Of a DNA stretch of 64,000 bases, positions 28,501-39,340 are shown in pieces. Both the position numbers and the translations under genes were made by a program. Every line of letters starts with the position of its first letter. Position 1 is the first letter of the stretch. This stretch comes from Tubulanus polymorphus (taxonomy: Eukaryota > Animalia > Nemertea), in NCBI RefSeq assembly GCF_964204645.1, contig NC_134035.1, forward strand, positions 10,758,451 to 10,822,450, in the 5' to 3' direction. The notes below the pieces were generated by a model. The model made no database searches and was not told the origin of the DNA. It worked only from the letters and a program-made list of their open reading frames with translations.

Positions 28501-29294
28501 CGAATTAGTAATACGTGGAAAAACCATACAAAAAAATCATTAAAACTCAAATGATTATCGGATATAGAATAACAGTGTTCTCCGTTTCATCTACGTGACT
28601 GCTGGATCCCGCGTGTGAATGCAGCGATAGTTCGTGCGAAAAAAAAACTCCATTAGATATTTACAGTCGACACTATTTCTGGCATAAAAGCATCGTTTAT
28701 TTCGTTAATTTCCAATGATCCCGCTCTTCGTGATACCGGACTATGTCAACAGAACTATGCAGGTGTCGATGACAAAAAGCTCACTGCACCAATCGACGGC
28801 TGGGGTAAATACGACGAGTTCGTCAAAACGCACTGATGCCCATTGCTGTTATCTATAGTTCAGAAGCTTTTAACGTTTTCCTCGCTTTAACGTAACTGGA
28901 TAAATATACACTAGTTCAGAGCGTGAATGATATTTATAACTTGCTGGATAGTGTCTTAAGGAAGTCAGTATTCAGGCTTGTGGGTTAATGTTAAGCAAGC
29001 ATTGTTCCCGACGCGCGCAGTCGAGGTAGGCCTATTCCAGTATTACGCATGGCAAAGTAATAATCTGTTACAATAAACGGCTGTGTTTTTCATGGTAGGC
29101 CTATAAACGTTAAACGACCCACAACCACATGTCCACATTTAAAACCATCTGACTATTTTTATCGACAGCGATTGTTGACTTCGCGCAAACGAACATTACC
29201 GATTCGTCATTTAACGTTTGAAGTATAAGGATTTCGAAGAGAAGGCCGTTTCGATGTCTTGATCCGAACCGTTCAATTTGACGAATCGATCGAT

Positions 29295-29610
29295 ATGTAC
29301 ATAGACGAGGGAAGCGATGTCGACGCCGACAGCCTTCCGAAATCGATGTATTCGGACATGCCGACCGTAGTCAATTTCGCGAACACGTCCGAACGAACGG
29401 TCGACGTGGTTTGGCTGGATTTCAACGGACGCATGGTGTGGTACTACACGCTGGAGCCTACCGACTCGGTCGAGATGCAAACGTACGTGACACATCCGTG
29501 GGTGTTCATCGACAAGTATTCCGGCGCCAGGATGCGGGCGAATAGAAACATGGTCTATCATCCTACACCAAACAACGGCAACGTGCCGACAGTATTGATT
29601 CACATTCCTG
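29295..29610 (+). CDS. VHL: VHL tumour suppressor orthologue, coding exon 1 (beta domain)
   Basis: Translation MYIDEGSD...VNFANTSERTVDVVWLDFNGRMVWYYTLEPTDSVEMQTYVTHPWVFIDKYSG...VLIHIP aligns without gaps to human VHL W88-D121 ([34 protein letters not shown]). First ATG after an in-frame TAA at 29226. Ends at the phase-1 donor G|GTACGT. Confidence 0.95.
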
Positions 29611-30211
29611 GTACGTAGGCCTATTAGAATACAAAAATTATACTTTTTGAAAATAATGTTAAAATTAAAAGAGATACAGTTGGAAAAGGTCTCCAAAAAC
29701 CGTGCTTGGGATGAGTCATTAAAGGACGCAATTGTTGAGACAAATTTTTATGTTTATTTCATGAAATTCACTATCAACCCCCAGATATAACGCCTCTCAA
29801 AAAGTGCTACCCTGCTTAGCACCTACGACTGAAGAGAAACCCACAATATCACATTAATCAACTGTTATTGTTTTTTTCTCGCGTTTCGAGTGGAATCCTT
29901 CCAACAATCTCCAAAGTTACATGAATTTACATGTATAACAGTTATGGTTGTCACAAGAAAACAAAACAATTGTTTGAAATGATAGATATTCATCAAGACT
30001 GTAAATAGTCTCTAACTATGTTCAATCTGTATTCCTTCTTGAAACATATACAAACTAACCTTCGATATAACACCATGTTCTCCTTTCCCGCCAAATTCCT
30101 AAATGAGCTATGTGGGCGGCACTTCGGAACTTGACCGTATTATGTTTACTTTCATATCTAAAAGCTAGTTATTGGCAAAAAGTTATTGGTCATCATTTTG
30201 TTATATTTCAG

Positions 30212-30363
30212 TGTACAAGTTAAAAGAACGGTGCTTACAGGTTGTCAGCAAGGCGCTGCACGAGCGAACAGACGCCGAAAAACTGGACATACCGACGACT
30301 CTCAAACACGACCTGCTCAACTACGCGCCTATTCAAATCGAAGCCCAAATAAACATAGGCTAA
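30212..30363 (+). CDS. VHL: VHL coding exon 2 (alpha domain: BC box and cullin-2 box)
   Basis: Acceptor ttttgttatatttcag|TG restores the Val codon and gives VYKLKERCLQVVSKALHERTDAEKLDIPTTLKHDLLNY...IG*, matching human VYTLKERCLQVV...LDIVRSLYEDL. Intron 29611-30211 (601 nt, GT-AG). Spliced CDS is 468 nt = 155 aa + stop. Confidence 0.95.
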
Positions 30364-30789
30364 GTCGAGCTTAATTAACATATGTGAACTGTTTATTTCT
30401 CAGAGCGCGCGGATTTTCTCGACTTTCCTTCAGATTCTTTCTTTAGATAAGTAAAAAATGTAAGAAGCTTTACCGAACCGGCTCGAAGCTGTTTTAGCGC
30501 TTCTCGCGCTAAGCTAGTACAGTATTAAACATCATATTACCTCCTATCAATGTCTGTGTATAGGTATATATGCTGAATGTTCTGTTCGAGAAAACCCGAT
30601 TACTTTTTCTTGTGTGGAGTCTGTATCTAGCATCATTTTATAGTGACAATATTGTATTTGATGCGATTATGGAGTATTACATATATACTGTGATTATGGG
30701 GTGATATATATGCTGTGATAATGGGGGTGGTATAGTGATATGGAAACCCCATACCTTTGTTCTAACACGGCTTCATCGAGAGTTTCATA

Positions 30790-31041
30790 AGCCGCAATCA
30801 CGCGAGTGTTTTTGGCCCGGGCCAAATTTGGCACCATCGAAAACGTCGGACCAGGCCCGAACTAAATTTCAGCACGGGAAAATTTATTGCACGTGAATTT
30901 CCACTGGTCCCGGAAGTGACTCACTTTGTTTGGTATTGACTGAGTGGTTTGCGTGTGAACGCGTGCGCGGATCAAATTTGGCTCGAGCCTGATCCCTTGC
31001 CAATTTGGCCCGGGCCAAATCGTCTCCGTTTGATCACGGCT
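30790..31041. mobile_element. MITE family E, downstream of the VHL stop codon
   Basis: About 45-bp imperfect TIRs (AGCCG..ATCA...TTTGGCCCGGGCCAAAT.TGGCA at both ends), with ATA duplicated on both sides. Confidence 0.75.
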
Positions 31042-32499
31042 ATAATCTCTTCATACTGAAAAAGATTGTGTACTTACACGGTGCAAATTGCCTATCTTTT
31101 GTTTGTTTCATATATGAGAAATTTCTAGGCAGAGGCTGCGAAATCGAGCGGCTAAATGGCTACCGAGCTCTAAAGGAAACGACTGTATGTACTACCAATA
31201 CAACTACGATTCCTACAATTCCTACTATCTACTTCGATATAGGAATGTGTACCATGAAAACGGTAGGAACATTATTTTCCGTTAGTGTGGAAGGTTTCGC
31301 ATTTCCGCCGTTTGCCATCTACGATATGCGATTATAGAAACAAATCACGACGGAGTCATACTATTTCTTGGTGTAAGATTCATCAGGATTTTCATCGCAG
31401 ATGATTTAAGCTTGCGTTAGAGATATTGGAATATCATTTTTCTAGTGTAAAGAGATACAATATTCAATATAGCGAGGCTATTTCAATTCATCGCTGGACA
31501 TGAATATGAAACTACAGTCCGAACTAAAAGCGAGAAAAATAAATATATATCTGAGATATAGCATGAACATGTAAAAGATATAGAGGAAAGTTGGTTAAGC
31601 GTGCGTGAGTCTTGCACTTTCCAATCGGTGTCGGGGACGACTGCTTACCCGTGCGGCCACAAATTATAGGGTGATTTTTAACAGGAAAATGATGCGTAGA
31701 TTCGTAACTGACCGATGTCTTCGTGTCGTTTCTACTTAAAAGGACAAATTCGACGGTGCCAAATCGATCGCTGCACATATGATTATACCTGCCCGCCATC
31801 TATCGGAAAAAGTCGAGTTGCGTCGTTTTTTCGATATTTTCCGATTTTTGCTTTGGTAATCGAGGGTAATAATAACAGATTATACGGATAAGCATTGCAA
31901 TAGCATCTGTGTTATGGTCTTTCAATAATTTTAGTCATTAACATAAGGATGTATTTCTCGTATCCTACTGAAAGGAACTAAACATTATTTTGTCATATGG
32001 GATTTGTTTGCGATGTATATACATGTTCTAACTGTGATAATGAAAATAAATTACTATATGAATAATCTCATAACTCAAACCACTAATCAATTCAGTTGTA
32101 CTGTAGTATGTATCTCGTTTCAGTCATTTTGCGATGTCGCTATGGAACCAGTTCCACCATATCATGGGCTTAAGTTTGGCCTTGGCTTTGAGAGCAGAAT
32201 CAACTAGTTCAAACCGAGATCCGAACGACGACATTGCCTGGTTGTTCGCGACGATTTCCAAGGAAAACACTAGCTGGAAACCGGTCGTAAAAAAAAACCC
32301 GGCCTTTACTCAGAAATGGCCAAACCGGACATATTAATATGACTCCGACAAAAACGACATTTTTATGGCTTCTAACGTATTTTCCAAACCACAACTCGGA
32401 CTTGACTTGCGTCTGACCAATTCTGTCGGTCCCAGTTAATCCGAGTTGCGGGCAATGCTTACTTAAATGAATATTGCCGATGAGATGTCGAACGCCAAT

Positions 32500-32700
32500 G
32501 TGATAGATGGCGTAAGCGACGGTATCGATCCAGTCGCTCAGCGACGGTATCGCAAGCTTTTACGTGTCTACGCGCGGCGCGCAAGACGGGTTTCCCGTGA
32601 TACCCCGCCGTATCCGGTCACGTGACGAAGATACGGAAACTTGAGTTATTTCAAGCGGTAGTTGTGATCTCGTCCGAATCGCGATATCTCGCGTGATAAA
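32500..32700 (+). promoter_or_regulatory. Putative promoter of the signal-peptide gene, with a palindromic E-box GTCACGTGAC (32617-32626)
   Basis: GC/CpG-rich patch 350-550 bp upstream of the ATG at 33056. Perfect 10-bp E-box and a 13-bp direct repeat AGCGACGGTATCG (32515 and 32540). Confidence 0.4.
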
Positions 32701-33055
32701 TCATACCGGATTTAATACACCAACCAAGGCGCACGCAAAACCCACGATCACCGCCTTCATCGTTCGAAACGGTTTAGTTCGTCGATCTCGCGTCGATCGC
32801 ATTTTGGAAATAACCGGCGATCACGCTCGCATCGAGTTATATATAATTCGTTTAGCGAAAAGAGTAAAAGAATAAAACGAGCTTCGTGTATCGGATATAT
32901 TTTTGAATTATATGATAGATATATACTATTCTAATATCGGGATGAAGCGTTGTGAATCAAGTAAAGTTGGACCTCGACTCGCCCATTCATCCAACATATA
33001 GTGATCGTCGCGTAAGGAGTTGGACTTTTTTTGTTGCTGAAATAATGGTAGAAAT

Positions 33056-33140
33056 ATGGCGACGGTAATACTAAAAGTTTTATTGTTGGTGGTGATTTGT
33101 GCCGCATATTGCTGTACATTGACTGTTGGGGCTGAAGAAG
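33056..33140 (+). CDS. Probable first coding exon (signal peptide) of an unidentified secreted/membrane protein
   Basis: AAAT-ATG-G start context, then MATVILKVLLLVVICAAYCCTLTVGAEE followed by the strong phase-1 donor AAG|GTAAGA. Basic n-region, hydrophobic h-region and small-residue cleavage region. CpG-rich promoter-like DNA lies upstream. Confidence 0.7.
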
Positions 33141-34858
33141 GTAAGACTCATTCACAATTAATTATCCCTGCGGTATTTGTTCGTAAATCCAGCTAGTTTT
33201 ATTCAACTTATGTGTATTTTCATTTTCTTGTACACGAAATATTGCAAACAAACCGACGGCTATTTTCGTGGAAGATATTCTAAAGTTCTTTATTATATCG
33301 CCTTTAGCTTATACAAAGCCGCTTCATCCGCCGAAACCGGGTGCTTAGATAGAATTTCGGTTATGTTGAAAACGTTAAAGGATATCGATCAAAATCCAGC
33401 CCCGGTTCGGATGGGTATATTTCCCTTCCCGCCTGAACCGGCAGCGGCTGACTTTTTTGACCGCTTATCACTACATTAACGCTGGAAAAACTAATGGACT
33501 GAGATGATGTTAGTTAGTTATCCGTTTCTCTAGTTGTTTGTGGCGCATTCCGAGTGAACGGCGAAAAATCAAAAAGAAAATCCAGCGTAACATTTTGTTG
33601 AGTGAATATTTTAGAATTCTTCTGTTCGCATGCAACAATTTATATGAACAGCTGATTTTCATACCATTCATTCCGGTGTGAATCACGCGGGTATCTCGTT
33701 ACTCGATTTGCGGTTTTTCTTTTGCAGGTTATCCAACATTTCAATATCCATAAACAAAATGAAAATGAAATCTCAATGAAATTAATATAAATCAAAGCTA
33801 CAACAAAATAAACGACGCACACGCATGATGTCGTAAATTCATAAATATTTTTTTATTTCGTGCAAAATGCGCTGTTTACAAAAAAGTAAATGGTTGAAAG
33901 TTGCAGCGTTGTCGAAATTATAATTAATGTAATCATATAGTGATGCATCGGAGAAACGTCCGAAAATTATTTGATAGCGGTTCAAAATGCACTGTTTATT
34001 CCAATTGTTTGTTTGTTTATCGTGAGAAGATGTGTTTGGATCTACATCAAGTATTAATCTTCTATATTGATTGTAGTCCACGGAATAACTGGCAATTAAT
34101 TCAAAGATCGCAAGGGCGAGAAATGCATTGCATAATCCTACTTAAACGGGATATATACATATGCATTAAATTCGAAACCGCTTCGGCGGTTATTTATATT
34201 TTTCCATTCGGAAAAGGGAATTGATTTCTGTTCGTCTTTGCACCGCATCAACGGCTACGAATATATTTGAAATTTATTTCAGTTTATCGACCACGTTTAT
34301 CGTATAGTGATGCTTTTTATAATTTACGTACGGCAATACGGAAATAAAATACTGAGCAAAACGCGGTAAACACTGCGCCGATAACAATGCATAAATATGT
34401 ACAAATAAATACTGGACGAGAAAAAAAAACGCCCAACAAGAATCGTGCTGAATGACATATTTATCGATTTCCTTCGCAGGTTTTAATTGTTGTTTTAGCG
34501 AACGGTTTTCGGTCGTTCGTTCGAGATGTGTTTTTTTTCGTGATATGGTATCGCGCGAAAATCACACACATTTAATGCAGCCGGGTTGAAAAAAATCAAA
34601 ACATTCAAAATCGAAATCGAAAGATAAAGCATCGAATTATTAGAATAGGTGTAGACTTGCGAACTATATATGTCTACCAGCGATGGAATGTTGAAACAGG
34701 GACTATTTTGTTCAGTCAAGGCTTAGATCTAAGACCTGACTAATGCCATCGAACAACTTAATGCAGGGCCCTTTTCACAACGCGTATAACACAATACTAA
34801 TGAATCTTTTAACACCGGAGTGATTATCTCGACTATTTGAGCTTAAACGTGTTGTGCT

Positions 34859-35025
34859 AAGTCCAAACGCGCACGTTGCGGAAGAACATGAAACACAGAA
34901 ATGCGGAAACAACCATTTTTCCTGAAACCATGTTTCCCGTTTCTCGTACACGCACTCGACGCAGGGAAACGCTCGGAAACAAATCTTTTTTCCGCGTTTG
35001 CCTGCGTCGCGCGAGAACGGGCCTT
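34859..35025 (+). mobile_element. MITE family D
   Basis: Core GTTTCCCGTTTCTCGTACACGCACTCGACGCAGGGAAACGCTCGGAAAC recurs inverted at 36.1 kb and direct at 43.05 kb. Ends GGGCCTT. Confidence 0.65.
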
Positions 35026-36059
35026 CATCTTCGTAAAACCGGTTTTAAGCGAACAAACACGCAAATGCGACGCAAATGCGACGCAAATGCCGACAAAATC
35101 ACTCTGCTTATCTACCTTTAGAGAATAACCCTTACTTCGTTTTGAAATTCACTGAGAAATGTTGACACTTCCATTTTCAAACCTGAACTCGAAGTATTCG
35201 CGTTAAACACGGAATGAAATATATAGATACGGGTGAGATTTCAAACCACGCTTCATATTATTTACTATCACCGATACATTCATCCACGCCTAACCACCGG
35301 CGGGTCCGGGCTAATCGATAGTTTCATTCCATTTATTCATGGCGGAAAACAAGGCCGAAAATGTCAATCTCCATCTGCAGAGATGGGAACGGCTGCTAAT
35401 ACTGTTGGTTTTTTGAAATGCATTCTTCACTTTGATGATGCGGGAATTATCTCTCGCTTCGACGCGCAAATTGGCAGCTCTCGTGCAAGACGCTGCGACC
35501 CGCTGGTCGATATGGAGGCCAGTAATGATGTACGGCGTCAATAGCAAATTAACGGGTACCTGCTTCCCTAATGACGACTTAAAACGTTATTTATTAACTC
35601 CATCTCTGTCGTATTAAGTGTTGGCAACTGGAAACAAATTGGTGCAGATTATTTTTAAACGCATTCCGTTCGTTCGTTTAGAGAGAGAGAGAGGGGGGAG
35701 AGAGAGAGGTGTCGATTTAGCGACGGTCCGTCGGTTGCTTGATATCGGCAAGTGCGCGTAGTAAACTACTTGCGAAGGAAATGAGCGCGGTGTCGGCGCC
35801 CCATTCAAGTGTTGGCTCCTTTTAAAAACCGCTATTGACGTTCGGTCGCGGAAATATCGATGAAAATTTTTTTTCTAAGAAACGATGACACCTTCTTTGA
35901 TTGGAAAACGATTTTGAAAATACGTCGCCGGATCCAATTATCTACCACGTGTTTGAATCAAAATGGCGCAACGTATAGATTGCTAGATTTTTTTCATAAA
36001 TACGCGCCTCGTAATTCAGTTGAATTATTACGGTAATCTATCGCAATTGTTTCAAGTCA

Positions 36060-36185
36060 TCGACACCGACGCACACGGCGCAGTGAATCGCGGAAACAGG
36101 TTTCCGAGCGTTTCCCTGTGTCGTGTGCGCGTTTACGAGAAACGGGAAACGCAGTTCCGGGAGCAACGTTTCCGGGATCAAACAT
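36060..36185 (-). mobile_element. MITE family D (inverted copy)
   Basis: TTTCCGAGCGTTTCCCTGTGTCGTGTGCGCGTTTACGAGAAACGGGAAAC is a close reverse complement of the 34.95 kb core. Confidence 0.65.
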
Positions 36186-36834
36186 GTCAAATAAAGGATA
36201 AAAATCGTCGCTGACGTTTCTCATATATGAGGAATCCCTGTAACGCTTTCTTTGTCTCTATACGACTTTAATGAAGGTATCTCTCCACCCCTTCCCCGCT
36301 AATCGGGTCGAGCGGTTTGCTTGGCATTTATATCATAACGCGCGCTGATGACGATGGCTGAAATTAATTACGCATTCCAGCGGGCATTGTTTCAATATGT
36401 CGAGGGTTTCACCGCGTCGAGGCTCGTCTTTGATTAATTATTCGTCACGTTTAACGATCGAAAGTTCACGTGAAACTTCGGGAAAAAACTCAACAATACT
36501 AGACGGGAAAAGGACGTAAACTTGAACTTAATTAACAACCTCTTTTTCTTACAAGTGACGATACGTGAAAACACTGTATAATTGAATTAAATCACGTGCA
36601 AATTTTATTGTTTTACTGTTTTTCATTGTTTTACATTTCCCCTTCGAGTACAGCTCTTACGGCTCGGGGATGTCCTCCTCAAGTAGGTACTTAAATTTTC
36701 AATTGACAAGTAATCGAACGAAATTTTTATACCCATGTTCATATATTTGAGAAAATAAATTCATTCATTCATTCGATATTGCACTTATCGCGCACCTACC
36801 GGCCTAAATCTAAGACCAGTCATAGACCATCGAG

Positions 36835-36990
36835 TCCTGTAGCTCAGCATCGGTGTCGTCGTCGGAGCGGTAAGAGCGTTCGACCCTAGGAACGTGGGTT
36901 CATGGGCCCGTATACATAACTGTAGTCTCAACGAGCAAGACATTAATCCTCATGGCCTCTCTCCACTCCCAAGCAATAGGTTACCCAACC
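36835..36990 (+). mobile_element. Degenerate tRNA-derived SINE
   Basis: A-box-like TAGCTCAG..GG and B-box-like GGGTTCA, then GAGCAAGACATTAATCCTCATGGCCTCTCTCCAC, which resembles CORE/V-type SINE central domains. Confidence 0.55.
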
Positions 36991-37454
36991 CGACTCCTGA
37001 AGCTTATTAGGAGCTCTGTTCATTACATCTTCCCAGGGAGAGATGAGTGATTCAGTCTAAGATATAGGGTTAATTATACAAAAAGAAATGAGTGCATTCT
37101 CTCACTAGTTATTGTCATAGGACTATAAGCGGAAGGGAAGGCCTACTCGGTGACGTCACTATACATTTGCCTTTGCTTCGAAATTGATCAGCGCCCTCGC
37201 CGGTGGCGATAAACAATAGGTTCTCGGAAATATTTTCGATTATATTAATCTCTGCGAGCATCGAACATTACCGTTTTTCAAGATTTGGTAGACTTAAACA
37301 AATCAATGAAAAATGCGAAATTAAGAATAGAGACCGGCAACCACTCTAAAAAAATCTATCGTTTAGGTCTTAAATCCTTCCCGTTCGCTTATAGTTCTAT
37401 GGTATTGTATAGGACTTTTGCGCAATAGCAATGAGTTTCATCATTATCATAACC

Positions 37455-37520
37455 ACTTAAGAGCAGTCTAAAGATTTAATGATACTTTTAGACTGAAGTC
37501 ATGACTGTACGACTGGGTCC
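37455..37520. mobile_element. MITE family C fragment
   Basis: Ends AAGTCATGACTGTACGACTGGGTCC, matching the family C right TIR. Confidence 0.45.
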
Positions 37521-38969
37521 AAGTTTGCGACGAGTCAAGACGTTCGTTGTTTAAGATCTGAATAATTCATGTTCAATCTCATTTGTAAATAAAGCGATAT
37601 GTAATATAATAGCTGAATAATAATCACCTCATTGTTTGTCGAAAACGCGAGGCTCTCTCGTTAAAAAAAACTCTATATCAAGATCATGCTGTCCTGTTAT
37701 TAAGATTGAACGATTTAGAAAAAGTGCCGATATTCACATTCAACGTTTACACACATGTTTTTCCATTTCTGAATAGCAATTCAGCTGAAGTGTTTTCTAG
37801 AATAATACTTAACTCCTTCAGTCCGTTCCGATAATATTCAATTTGCAAACTCGGGGCGTCGTCAATTACGACGGATATCGTAGAGAACTCGAGTACCTAC
37901 ATGACTATTAAAGGCGCGCATAAGGGTCTGTAGCGATTACTCGGAGAACCGTATGTAGAATTACGACGAAGTATTGACATATGATGAATGGCTCGCTCTC
38001 AAAAATCGTCGAGTACATTTTGTATTAAAGCGGGCGGAAATCCAATTGTCTTCGCGAGCTCGGGTTTTCTTCGATGTAAAATCGAATTACGTTGACGCTT
38101 CACGTGTCGTCTACTGCGCGCAATCGAAGAAGACGAATTACAATTTATATATTGACGGACCGGCAATCGAATTGCCAACTGCGCGCTGATGTTTCGAGTC
38201 GACGTTGGTCCGGACGTACGGCCCGAGATGAAAGGTTGATGTCTTCGCGCGCCATCAGCGGGATATTCGATTCCGGATGCTGTCCGCGGAAGGCGATTTC
38301 TACTCGCCGTACACATATATGTGTCTTTTTCACAAGGAAAGAAACCGTTCACAGAAATCGTTGAAAGCCCGCATTCGACGCTGCTGTTACAACTGCGGGG
38401 ACAAAGATCAGATAAGCCAAAGGCTTCTCCGCAACGGTAAACTTGCGTGGATTAATTATATAAAAAGAACGGATCTTTTATGTAGGGACTCCGGGAACTG
38501 GCATTCAAGGTGCCCTCTCTAACAGCTTTCCGATTCTCGGATCATAAAGAAGCCATTACTGACCTATAGTATAAGCCAAAATCAAAGGCAAAGAAAAATC
38601 CCAAGACTATGTATTGATTTTTATTCACTTCAAATGAATACCGAACAAAAAGATGGCTGAAACTGAATTTCCGCTCACTAATTTCCCAGAAGATGATATT
38701 ATATGGTTTCCATGGACAACGCGACTGCCTGACATAAGACGTAAAGGCCAGCAATATAATTTTTCTTTTAAAAGTCAAAATTAAACGTGAGTCAGTCAAT
38801 ATCAGTCAAATTTGTAGTTTCAATCTCCCTCTTTTTAATTATCATTATTTTCTAGTATTTAAACGCTTTGTTTTCCGTCCTCTGTATAGATACATTTCTT
38901 TGACAATAAAGTTTATCATTATCATGTGTAGAAATGAAGTACACAACATCTTGGCGCAGCGGCGCTTGC

Positions 38970-39110
38970 TGATGTAACTGATGATTATCATGATGAAATA
39001 TTTGACGTTTCGGCCATATTCTATTGCCCATTTTCAAAAAACAGTTCCGAAAATGGTCAATAGAATTGGGCCGAAACGTCAATTTCTCATCTAGTTTTTC
39101 ATTACATTAT
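38970..39110. mobile_element. Penelope-like relic, divergent inverted pair with UUGAAAA-type hammerhead cores (family P3)
   Basis: TTGACGTTTCGGCCATATTCTATTGCCCATTTTC and GAAAATGGTCAATAGAATTGGGCCGAAACGTCAA are inverted arms about 13 nt apart. Confidence 0.6.
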
Positions 39111-39232
39111 GGAATCGTTACATTATGATATGATATCTATTTTTATTTGTTTCAATATTGCACAAAATAAATCGTATACAAAAAGTTTTTACAGAATGTC
39201 GAAGGCTTTAATCTATGAGACGTATCCTCCTG

Positions 39233-39340
39233 GGTCCAGTTCCACAGTTGTGAGTTAAGATTTGACTCGGAGTTAACTCATTGAAAATGAACTAATTTTA
39301 ACTCAGAATTAACTCTAACTCACAACTGTGGAACTGGATC
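39233..39340 (+). mobile_element. MITE family A
   Basis: GGTCCAGTTCCACAGTTGTGAGTTA...TAACTCACAACTGTGGAACTGGATC, with CTG duplicated on both sides. Confidence 0.85.

Noticed and set aside
28512-28597. Two TACGTG (HRE-like) sites upstream of VHL
   Set aside because: Hexamers are expected by chance in this CpG-rich genome; no further support.
29259-29294. ORF-track start for VHL at 29259
   Set aside because: It is a TTG codon; the first in-frame ATG is at 29295.
29211-29696. 161-aa minus-strand ORF
   Set aside because: Antisense shadow of VHL exon 1.
30084-30095. E2F-like TTTCCCGCCAAA in the VHL intron
   Set aside because: Single isolated motif that cannot be supported as functional.
32134-32337. 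67-aa ORF after an acceptor-like tttcag
   Set aside because: No recognisable homology or donor site; not supportable as coding.
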